A stretch of DNA of 64,000 nucleotides from Chitinophagaceae bacterium (lineage in GTDB: Bacteria; Bacteroidota; Bacteroidia; Chitinophagales; Chitinophagaceae), in NCBI GenBank assembly GCA_947476485.1, contig CANJQU010000002.1, positions 2,149-66,148 of the forward strand, read 5' to 3'. Of this stretch, positions 49,114 through 56,847 are shown one piece after another. The position numbers and the translations under genes were made by a program. The notes below the pieces were generated by a model. That model worked only from the letters and a program-made list of their open reading frames with translations. It had not been told where the DNA came from and ran no database searches. Position 1 is the stretch's first letter; the number at the start of each line of letters is the position of its first letter.

Positions 49114-49399
49114 AAATAACAAATTTATCTCTGTCGATAAACGGTTTTATATATTTACTTTCCCATCCGGCGCTCACAATATCCACCTTCTTATTTAGTT
49201 TTTCCGCAAGTTCACTACGCCAAAAAATATAGTCTGTTGCAATACCTGGTACATACTCAATATCAACTAATACATCTACGTCACTACTCTCATCTGCCTC
49301 TCCGCGAGCATAGGAACCGAATAACCATACTTTCTTAACCGGCTTTTTCAGAAAAAAATCGGAAATAACTTGTTTGATATGTTCAGTACTTAAAACCAT
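49103..49399 (-). CDS. Minimal nucleotidyltransferase (MntA-like antitoxin), copy 2
   Basis: 98 aa with LFGSYARGEADESSDVDV. It is paralogous to copy 1. Confidence 0.85.
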   Translation of the reverse strand: MVLSTEHIKQVISDFFLKKPVKKVWLFGSYARGEADESSDVDVLVDIEYVPGIATDYIFWRSELAEKLNKKVDIVSAGWESKYIKPFIDRDKFVIYER

Positions 49400-49409
49400 T
49401 TTTTTTCAA

Positions 49410-50507
49410 TCAGACTCCTTTACTACCAGAAGTCTTAAAATCATCTGAATGTGCGGGCCCCTCTATCTCTGATAAATGAACCTCGGGTCTGTTCACATCA
49501 CTTACATCATGAATGTCTAATAAGAATTTAGGCTGCTTGCCAATCACCTTATCTATCAACACCGGTGGTTTCATTGTCCCAACATAATGGCCTTGCGCGA
49601 TAACACTGCTGCGCTCGATCGCGGATGGGCCTTCTATTACCCAGTCTTTTGTTTCCTTTTTATGGAAGCGGCATTCGTTGCAGATAAATTCTTCCACTTC
49701 CCCCCACTTGTCCTTGCGGGCTGTAACTCGGAATACCTCTTCGCCACGCATCCACAGACGAACCTTACCCGTACAGGTTGGGCAGTCGCGATGTGCGTCC
49801 ACAGGCTTCGTAAACCATACGCGGTTCTTAAATCGGAATGTTTTATCGGTAAGCGCACCGACAGGGCATACATCTATCACATTGCCAATAAAGTCATGAT
49901 CCAGCGACTTGTTCAGCATGGTGCTGATCTGCGCATGGTCACCTCTCTCCAGTATGCCATGCTCACGCTTGTCTGTAAGCTGGTCGGCAGTATACACGCA
50001 ACGGAAACACATGATGCAACGCGTCATGTGCAGGGATATGTATGGACCTATATCTTCTTTCTCAAAAGTGCGACGCTTGAATTCGTAGCGTGTAGCCTCA
50101 TTACCATGCTCGTAACTCAGGTTCTGAAGATCACACTCACCTGCCTGGTCACAAACCGGGCAGTCCAGCGGATGATTGAGCAATAAGAATTCAACAACAC
50201 CTTTGCGCGCATCCAGTACTTTAGGTGAGGTGATATTTTTCACTTCCATGCCGTCCATTACCGTAGTACGGCAACTGGCCACCAGCTTGGGCATAGGGCG
50301 CGGGTCTTTCTCTGACCCTTTGCTTACCTCTACCAGGCAGGTGCGGCATTTGCCACCGCTGTCCTTCAGTTTGCTGTAGTAGCACATGGCCGGCGGTGTA
50401 ACCTCTCCACCTATCATACGCGCGGCATTCAAAATAGTAGTACCGGCTGGTACTTCTATAGTGATGTTATCAATGGTTACTTTAAATTTTGGTGTTTGGT
50501 CACTCAT
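49410..50507 (-). CDS. nuoG: NADH-quinone oxidoreductase subunit G (short Fe-S form)
   Basis: The N-terminal 2Fe-2S and 4Fe-4S cysteine clusters are present (CYYSKL..CRTCLVEV, HPLDCPVCDQAGEC, CIMCFRC). ATG at 50507 is preferred over the overlapping longer ORF. Confidence 0.9.
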   Translation of the reverse strand: MSDQTPKFKVTIDNITIEVPAGTTILNAARMIGGEVTPPAMCYYSKLKDSGGKCRTCLVEVSKGSEKDPRPMPKLVASCRTTVMDGMEVKNITSPKVLDARKGVVEFLLLNHPLDCPVCDQAGECDLQNLSYEHGNEATRYEFKRRTFEKEDIGPYISLHMTRCIMCFRCVYTADQLTDKREHGILERGDHAQISTMLNKSLDHDFIGNVIDVCPVGALTDKTFRFKNRVWFTKPVDAHRDCPTCTGKVRLWMRGEEVFRVTARKDKWGEVEEFICNECRFHKKETKDWVIEGPSAIERSSVIAQGHYVGTMKPPVLIDKVIGKQPKFLLDIHDVSDVNRPEVHLSEIEGPAHSDDFKTSGSKGV

Positions 50508-50520
50508 TGTTCTTTCTCTT

Positions 50521-50901
50521 TTATTTAACCTTACCCCTTGCAATATTCGGAGATTCAGGGTTTACGCTCAATTTGAAAAGCCGTGGAATAACTACCAAAT
50601 CCATATCTTCCATTGGTATCGCTCCTAACAGACATTCATCTCCTAAAACCATTGCACCAACAAAACATACCCGGTTTTCAAACTCTACCTTTATCGGTCC
50701 CACGTAAGGCATTAGCTTTGATGTGCCGTCAGCCAGCAGGGCTTCTTTCTGATACAATTCATTTACACCTAACTGATTGGCAACATGTTGAGTAATGCAT
50801 AAGAATGTAGACCCACTATCAACCAAACTTTTTACCTCAACAGGTGATTGTTCGGATTTTACCGGGTTCGATAATCTAATATTTGCGTAGACCAGTCCCA
50901 T
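50521..50901 (-). CDS. Retropepsin-like (clan AA) aspartic protease
   Basis: 126 aa. VDSGST is the active-site-type motif and GAIPMEDMDLVV the C-terminal motif, as in small bacterial and archaeal clan AA proteases. Confidence 0.75.
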   Translation of the reverse strand: MGLVYANIRLSNPVKSEQSPVEVKSLVDSGSTFLCITQHVANQLGVNELYQKEALLADGTSKLMPYVGPIKVEFENRVCFVGAMVLGDECLLGAIPMEDMDLVVIPRLFKLSVNPESPNIARGKVK

Positions 50902-50911
50902 ATATTTATTT

Positions 50912-52267
50912 TTACGCTGTTGTAGCTACGTGAATAGGATCGGCATAGTGTGCCAGTCCATAATTACGGCGCTGCGATTCATCGGGGTTCAAAACATGCC
51001 ACTCAAATTCATCACGGAAATGACGGATGGCAGCAGCTATAGGCCATGCAGCGGCATCGCCAAGTGGGCATATCGTATTGCCCTCTATCTTGCGCTGAAT
51101 ATCCCAAAGCAGATCTATATCGCTCATCTTACCTTTTCCGTATTCAATATTCTTCAGTATCTTATACATCCAGCCAGTGCCTTCGCGGCATGGGCTGCAC
51201 TGTCCGCAACTTTCATGATTGTAGAACCGGGCAAGTGTCATGGTATGGCGTACAACACACTGGTCTTCGTCCAACACGATAAAACCACCCGAGCCCATCA
51301 TACTGCCAGATACAAATCCGCCGTCAGAAAGGCTTTCGTAGTTCATGTAACGGGTTTCGCCTTTTGCCGTTTTAAGCAGCAGGTTAGCCGGTATTATTGG
51401 AACAGATGATCCTCCCGGAATACAAGCCTTCAGTTTCTTACCGTTTGGTATTCCACCGCAATACTCGTCACTGTAGATGAACTCTTCTACAGAAATGGTC
51501 ATGTCTATTTCGTAAACACCTTGATTCTTTACATTGCCACACACAGAGAGCAGCTTGGTACCGGTAGATTTACCCACACCGATCTTTGCATACTCATCAC
51601 CACCCATGTTTATGATCGGCACTACAGCCGCTATTGTCTCCACATTGTTCACCACAGTCGGGCGCATCCATACACCCTGTATCGCAGGGAATGGCGGCTT
51701 CATGCGGGGGTTACCACGCTTGCCTTCCAGTGATTCTATAAGCGCAGTCTCCTCACCACATATATAAGCGCCCGCACCGCGGTGCACATAAATCTCGCAA
51801 TCAAATCCTGAACCAAGTATATTCTTCCCGAGCCAGCCATTGTTTTTTGCCTCAACTATTGCCTGCTCCAGTATTTCCGGTATCCAGGCGTACTCGCCAC
51901 GTATATAAACATATGTTGCATTGCTGCCAAGCGCAAAACTGCTTATCAGTAATCCTTCTATAAACAGATGCGGATGAAACTCCATCAGGTAGCGGTCCTT
52001 GAACGTACCCGGCTCCGATTCGTCGGCATTACATACCAGGTGACGTGGCACACCTTCCGGCTTAGCCAGGAAGCTCCACTTCATACCTGTAGGAAAGCCC
52101 GCTCCACCACGGCCACGCAGGCCGCTTTTCTTCACCTCTTCCACTATATCAGCCGGAGACATCTTAAATGCCTTCTCAGCCGCACGGTAGCCACCATGCT
52201 TGCGGTAGGCATCGTAATAACGAATGCCTTCTACCTTATCGTGTTCTAATAATAGTTTTACGCCCAT
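50912..52267 (-). CDS. nuoF: NADH-quinone oxidoreductase subunit F
   Basis: 451 aa with the FMN/NADH site GRGGAGFPTG and the 4Fe-4S motif ESCGQCSPCREG. Confidence 0.96.
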   Translation of the reverse strand: MGVKLLLEHDKVEGIRYYDAYRKHGGYRAAEKAFKMSPADIVEEVKKSGLRGRGGAGFPTGMKWSFLAKPEGVPRHLVCNADESEPGTFKDRYLMEFHPHLFIEGLLISSFALGSNATYVYIRGEYAWIPEILEQAIVEAKNNGWLGKNILGSGFDCEIYVHRGAGAYICGEETALIESLEGKRGNPRMKPPFPAIQGVWMRPTVVNNVETIAAVVPIINMGGDEYAKIGVGKSTGTKLLSVCGNVKNQGVYEIDMTISVEEFIYSDEYCGGIPNGKKLKACIPGGSSVPIIPANLLLKTAKGETRYMNYESLSDGGFVSGSMMGSGGFIVLDEDQCVVRHTMTLARFYNHESCGQCSPCREGTGWMYKILKNIEYGKGKMSDIDLLWDIQRKIEGNTICPLGDAAAWPIAAAIRHFRDEFEWHVLNPDESQRRNYGLAHYADPIHVATTA

Positions 52268-52290
52268 ACCCCAAACCCCTAAAGGGGCTT
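52268..52290 (-). repeat. Solo start-proximal arm of the nuo intercistronic element, abutting the nuoF ATG
   Basis: ACCCCAAACCCCTAAAGGGGCTT begins at the base next to the nuoF start codon. Confidence 0.8.
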
Positions 52291-52310
52291 TAATGTTTCT
52301 TATTAAGTTT

Positions 52311-52732
52311 TTAGATCTTCACACTCTGTCTCGCAAATAATTCCCAATGTTTGTTCTTCCACTGCCATACTTCCAATACTTTCAGTTTCAATTCCAGTGG
52401 CTTGCCCTCCATCAGTATTTTCACTTGCATTTCGGTTCTCACAATTCCTGTTTCACCATTAACCTGCAACATATCTGCACCGGTATTGATCTCCTGGTAA
52501 GTAAACTTCCCATTATACAGATCACCGATCACTTCTTTTTCGACTGTATCCACCCGTTCGAATGACCGTAAGTCAGCTCATCCAGAAGTAAATTTCTCAA
52601 TTTCACAGAGTCTTTATCAACCAGCGCTTTGTGAAATATTACTGCCGTTTCGCCCAGGTTCTTTTGTCCGGGTTTTTGTGCAAATACACCAACACTTACA
52701 AAGAGCAACAATATCGTTAATAAATATCTCAT
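52311..52732 (-). pseudogene. Frameshifted NTF2-like (SnoaL/DUF4440-type) secreted protein gene
   Basis: ORF 52529-52732 (signal peptide ...LTYGHSNGW) and ORF 52311-52553 (VDTVEKEVIGDLYNGKF...) read as one protein after a 1-nt shift near 52540-52553. Confidence 0.6.
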
Positions 52733-52750
52733 TTTGTTCCTATTCCTATT

Positions 52751-52996
52751 CTACCTCAAACCCAACACTAATTTTTCAAATTCCTCCATTTCCAGCTGTA
52801 AATCTTCCCTTACTATTTTCCTCAGTAAGCCTTTCGGCAGATCTTCGTTTTTATGAACAGGCACCGTTGTTACTCTGCCATCATCATGTTTCAGCCTGTG
52901 GTGCGAACCGTTAACCCGTACAAGCTTAAATCCCAGTTTTTCCAGAAGCTTCATCAGTTCCTTACCGGTTACTACGACCTGCTTATTACTCATCAC
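52751..52996 (-). CDS. hicA: HicA-family mRNA interferase toxin
   Basis: 81 aa. LEKLGFKLVRVNGSHHRLKHDDGRVTTVPVH is the HicA signature. There is a 4-nt overlap with hicB. Confidence 0.85.
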   Translation of the reverse strand: MMSNKQVVVTGKELMKLLEKLGFKLVRVNGSHHRLKHDDGRVTTVPVHKNEDLPKGLLRKIVREDLQLEMEEFEKLVLGLR

Positions 52997-53220
52997 ACGG
53001 CAATTTGCATTTCGATCTCTCTAAACCCAATAAAATGATTCAACGTGTCTGGTTTTTCTTCCAGTAAGCACATTTCAATGACCTCATGAATGTTCTTCAT
53101 CGCCTCATCTACTGTTTTTCCGTATGAATGGCACCCTTTGAAAACAGGGCACGACACGATATAGACCGCGTCTTCATCCTGTTCAATCAAAATCGGAAAA
53201 TGTACCTTTTGCGTTTCCAT
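52993..53220 (-). CDS. hicB: HicB-family antitoxin (short, UPF0150-like)
   Basis: 75 aa. FPILIEQDEDAVYIVSCPVFKGCHSYGKTVDEAMKNIHEVIE is present. Confidence 0.82.
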   Translation of the reverse strand: METQKVHFPILIEQDEDAVYIVSCPVFKGCHSYGKTVDEAMKNIHEVIEMCLLEEKPDTLNHFIGFREIEMQIAV

Positions 53221-53258
53221 TTCTCTTTTACTTTCAAATAGTCACCTTTTAGACGATC

Positions 53259-53663
53259 CTAGCTTTTATCAATGATCAAAATATAATCTTCCATCGGGTC
53301 GAAAAAGAAATCTGTCCAGCCTGCTTTGTGGCTTTTCATTTCATCTTCGTTCGGGAAACCTGTATGGTGAAGTATCACCTTCGTACCTGCTTCATCTTCT
53401 TTCAATAAATAATGAACTTCAGTTGGTTTTGTCTCTTCCGGCCAATCACTCGTTTTCCACGTGTATGCCAATTCATTTTTACCTGTCTTCAGCACTGTTC
53501 CCGTCACCCACCCATCAAACATCTCAAATCTGCCGCCCTCTTTATTTTCCAGCACTGCTTCTCCGCCACTCCACTTCCTTATCAGTACCGGGTCTGTGAG
53601 CAGTTGCATCACCCTTGCAGGCTTCCCGGATAATATAAATTCAAGCGCGAGGTCGTAAGCCAT
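53259..53663 (-). CDS. SRPBCC superfamily protein (AHSA1/START-like)
   Basis: 134 aa. LTDPVLIRKWSGGEAV...GGRFEMFDGWVTG...GTKVILHHTGFP is present. It starts 4 nt after the nuoE stop. Confidence 0.8.
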   Translation of the reverse strand: MAYDLALEFILSGKPARVMQLLTDPVLIRKWSGGEAVLENKEGGRFEMFDGWVTGTVLKTGKNELAYTWKTSDWPEETKPTEVHYLLKEDEAGTKVILHHTGFPNEDEMKSHKAGWTDFFFDPMEDYILIIDKS

Positions 53664-53667
53664 AACT

Positions 53668-54162
53668 TTAGTTTTTGGCTTGCCCCCTCAATTCTTCTAT
53701 TAATTTATCTACTTTTTCTTCTGTCAGATGTTCGCGATATGTTTTGCCAAGCTGCATCATCGGTGCGTATCCGCATGCGCCCAGACACTCCGCAGGCTTC
53801 AAAGTAAATAAGCCATCAGTGGTAGTTTCCCCTTCACTGATGCCCAGCTTTTCTTTTATATAGTCTATTATCTGATCACTTCCATTGAGCATACATGGAC
53901 CGGTGCGGCATACCTCAAGCAGATATTTACCAACCGGCTTTGTATTGAACATACTGTAGAAAGTAGCCACTTCATACACTTCAATAGGTAGTATGTTCAG
54001 TATCCCTGCCACATAATCCATCGCAGGCGCATCCAGCCATCCGCCATTTTCATCCTGCGCCATATGCAGCAACGGTATCAAAGCACTCTTCTCTTTCCCT
54101 TCCGGGTAGTGGGAGATCAGCTCTTTTACCTCTTTCAATTTTTCCTCTGAAAATTTTATCAT
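53668..54162 (-). CDS. nuoE: NADH-quinone oxidoreductase subunit E
   Basis: 164 aa with 2Fe-2S ligands (VCRTGPC ... CLGACGYAPMM). Confidence 0.94.
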   Translation of the reverse strand: MIKFSEEKLKEVKELISHYPEGKEKSALIPLLHMAQDENGGWLDAPAMDYVAGILNILPIEVYEVATFYSMFNTKPVGKYLLEVCRTGPCMLNGSDQIIDYIKEKLGISEGETTTDGLFTLKPAECLGACGYAPMMQLGKTYREHLTEEKVDKLIEELRGQAKN

Positions 54163-54181
54163 TTAAATCCGCTGATTAATA

Positions 54182-55432
54182 TTAAGCATCCAGTTCTCCT
54201 GCTATTACATTCAAACTACTGAGTGTTATGATCGCATCACTAAGCAGACCGCCTTCCACCATTTCAGGATATGCCTGGTAATAGATGAAGCATGGTCTGC
54301 GGAAATGCAGGCGATAAGGAGAACGTCCACCATCACTTATCAAATAGTATCCTACTTCACCATTACCACCTTCTACCGAGTGGTAAACCTCACCTGCCGG
54401 TGCGTCTATCTCTCCCATTATTATCTTAAAATGCCAGATGAGCGCTTCCATTTTTGTATACACATCTTCCTTTGCAGGGATGTGAAAATGGTCAGCTTCC
54501 TTTGCATAAAATATTTCTTTCTGCTCCGGGAACTCCCTCTCTATTTTGTCTATCTTTTCCAGCGCCTGGTGTATGATGCTAACGCTCTCCCATATCTCAC
54601 CATTACGCACCATGAAACGGTCATACACATCACCCACCGTACCTATCGGAATTTTAAAATCAAAGTCTTCGTAAGAAGAATACGGCATTGCCACCCGAAC
54701 ATCATAATCCACACCTGCGGCACGAAGATTAGGTCCGGTAAAGCCATAGTTCAACGCACGCTCCGCACTGATAGGACCAGCGCCAATGCAACGATCCATG
54801 AATACACGGTTACGATTAAGCAGCGATTCGAACTCCTTCATCACCTTCGGGAAGGTCTTCAAAAAGTCATTCAGCTTGCTGAAAGATGCGGGTGTAAAAT
54901 TGCGCTCGAACCCACCTACACGGCCAATATTAGTTGTCAACCTCGAGCCACATATCTCTTCAAATATTTCGTAGATCTTTTCGCGATACTGGAATACATA
55001 GGTAAAAGGCGTAAGGGCACCGGTATCTACTGCGATAACCGAATTACAAACCAGGTGATCTGCAATTCTCGCCAGCTCCATTATTATAACGCGCAGGTAT
55101 TCTACACGTTTAGGCAACTTAAGGCCCAACAGCTTTTCGATGGTCATATGCCATCCCATATTGTTGATGGGCGATGAGCAATAGTTTAGCCTGTCGGTAA
55201 GCGGTGTTATCTGGTAGTAAGGCCGGCGCTCTGCGATCTTCTCAAAAGCACGGTGTATATAACCAATGGTAGGCACGGTTTCCAGCACGCGCTCACCATC
55301 TATTTCCATTATATTCTGGAACACACCATGCGTTGCCGGGTGCGTTGGACCGAGGTTGAGCGTAGTGGTCTGCTTCTGAAGCGACTCTTCAGAAAGCTTT
55401 ATATGATGTTGTTGTTGTGGTTGTATTTCCAT
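54182..55432 (-). CDS. nuoD: NADH-quinone oxidoreductase subunit D
   Basis: 416 aa. LNLGPTHPATHGV and the C-terminal ...VIAGELDA are present. Confidence 0.96.
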   Translation of the reverse strand: MEIQPQQQHHIKLSEESLQKQTTTLNLGPTHPATHGVFQNIMEIDGERVLETVPTIGYIHRAFEKIAERRPYYQITPLTDRLNYCSSPINNMGWHMTIEKLLGLKLPKRVEYLRVIIMELARIADHLVCNSVIAVDTGALTPFTYVFQYREKIYEIFEEICGSRLTTNIGRVGGFERNFTPASFSKLNDFLKTFPKVMKEFESLLNRNRVFMDRCIGAGPISAERALNYGFTGPNLRAAGVDYDVRVAMPYSSYEDFDFKIPIGTVGDVYDRFMVRNGEIWESVSIIHQALEKIDKIEREFPEQKEIFYAKEADHFHIPAKEDVYTKMEALIWHFKIIMGEIDAPAGEVYHSVEGGNGEVGYYLISDGGRSPYRLHFRRPCFIYYQAYPEMVEGGLLSDAIITLSSLNVIAGELDA

Positions 55433-55553
55433 ACCCCAAACCCCTGAAGGGGCTTCCCCCTGTTTTTTAAAATTTGTTTAAAATGCACATCGCTCAATTA
55501 CTTTACTATAGCCCCATGGCCTCTACCATGTACCCCTTTAGGGGCCGGGGGTA
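55433..55553 (-). repeat. nuoC-nuoD intercistronic element (both arms)
   Basis: ACCCCAAACCCCTGAAGGGGCTTCCCCC at 55433-55460 abuts the nuoD ATG. GTACCCCTTTAGGGGCCGGGGGTA at 55530-55553 abuts the nuoC stop. Confidence 0.8.
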
Positions 55554-55554
55554 T

Positions 55555-56052
55555 TTACCTTCCGAACATTTCATCGTCCTTATCTCTTCTTGTCGGATCT
55601 TCCATTTCATATTCTTTGCGCATGGGGAAGTAGTCCATTTCGTCTACATTCAATATCCGTATCAGGTTTGGATGACCGATAAAGTTGACGCCGAAGAAAT
55701 CATAGGTCTCGCGCTCCATCCAGTTTGCAGCAGAAAATAGCTGCGATGCCGTATATACATCTGGCTTCTCAACGGGTACATACACCTTCAAACGAAGACG
55801 AACATTGTTCGTGAGGCTATGCAGGTGATAAACCACACACAATTCCTCTCCTTTCCTGTTGGGATAATGAACTGCGGTAAGGTCTGTCATAAACCGAAAC
55901 TGCAATGCGTCATCATCAAACAGGAACTGCATCACTTTCAGGTTCATATCAGCAGCAGCCCTGAATGTGAGCAGGCCATATTGCTCTTCCCACTCGGTAA
56001 GCGATTCGCCAAACTTCGCAGTAAGACTCTGTTTTATTATTTCGTTTGTCAT
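55555..56052 (-). CDS. nuoC: NADH-quinone oxidoreductase subunit C
   Basis: NuoC signature ANWMERETYDFFG. ATG at 56052 is preferred because the first 11 codons of the track ORF translate the repeat element. Confidence 0.92.
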   Translation of the reverse strand: MTNEIIKQSLTAKFGESLTEWEEQYGLLTFRAAADMNLKVMQFLFDDDALQFRFMTDLTAVHYPNRKGEELCVVYHLHSLTNNVRLRLKVYVPVEKPDVYTASQLFSAANWMERETYDFFGVNFIGHPNLIRILNVDEMDYFPMRKEYEMEDPTRRDKDDEMFGR

Positions 56053-56056
56053 AGAC

Positions 56057-56198
56057 ACCCCAAACCCCGAAAGGGGCTTCTCCATGTTATTTTTTATGTT
56101 GTTCTATAAACACTCTCAATTCTCTGTTTTCAGCTCAATTTAATAACCACAGCTCAATGCACTTGAACCGGCACTCCCCCTTCAGGGGGCCGGGGGGG
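56057..56198 (-). repeat. nuoB-nuoC intercistronic element (both arms)
   Basis: ACCCCAAACCCCGAAAGGGGCTTCTCCA at 56057-56084. CCGGCACTCCCCCTTCAGGGGGCCGGGGGGG at 56168-56198 abuts the nuoB stop. Confidence 0.8.
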
Positions 56199-56762
56199 TT
56201 ACTGTATCGCGTAACTCTCCATCAGTGCTTTATACTGATCGCTGCCACGCCTGCGCAAACTCTCATTATGCACGAGGTCCTGCAATTTCAGGATCCCGTC
56301 CAGTATTCCTTCGGGCCGCGGCGGGCAACCCGGCACATAAACGTCCACGGGTATTACCTGGTCAATTCCCTGCAGCACAGGATAAGAGTCGAAAATACCA
56401 CCGGTACAGGCACAAGCACCTATGGCCACAACCCAGCGGGGTTCTGCCATCTGCAAATATACCTGCCGAAGTATCGGACCCATTTTTTTAGCAATTGTTC
56501 CTGCCACTAACAACATGTCGCACTGACGAGGTGTAAAGCCCATTCGCTCTGCACCGAAACGGCCAAGATCGTAGTTGGAACCCATCGTGGCCATGAATTC
56601 AATACCGCAGCATGAAGTTGCAAAAGGCAACGGCCACAGAGAATTAGCGCGGGCAAGTCCCACTACTTTATCAAACGATGTAGCATGAAAACCAGGACCG
56701 GAGTACCCATCTGGTATCTCCACCATCTTTATCTTCGTATTATACTGAACCGGACGAGGCAT
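56199..56762 (-). CDS. nuoB: NADH-quinone oxidoreductase subunit B
   Basis: 187 aa with N2 cluster ligands (SCCGIE ... GACACTGG ... GCPP). AAGGAGGG lies 8 nt upstream of the ATG. Confidence 0.95.
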   Translation of the reverse strand: MPRPVQYNTKIKMVEIPDGYSGPGFHATSFDKVVGLARANSLWPLPFATSCCGIEFMATMGSNYDLGRFGAERMGFTPRQCDMLLVAGTIAKKMGPILRQVYLQMAEPRWVVAIGACACTGGIFDSYPVLQGIDQVIPVDVYVPGCPPRPEGILDGILKLQDLVHNESLRRRGSDQYKALMESYAIQ

Positions 56763-56847
56763 AATGTAACCCTCCTTCTCCCTACAGGGAGTAATTTTTT
56801 GAAATTAAAACAATGAACATCACATCCGTGGCCGATCAGGCCAAGGC

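Noticed and set aside
52529-52553. Programmed ribosomal frameshift joining the two NTF2-like ORFs.
   Set aside because: There is no slippery heptamer or downstream pseudoknot at the overlap. The gene is a non-essential insert, so simple decay or a sequencing error is more likely.
56053-56085. The first 11 codons of the track nuoC ORF (MEKPLSGFGVS).
   Set aside because: These codons are a translation of the intercistronic repeat arm. The same DNA motif precedes four other nuo genes outside their coding regions, so the ATG at 56052 is the likely start.
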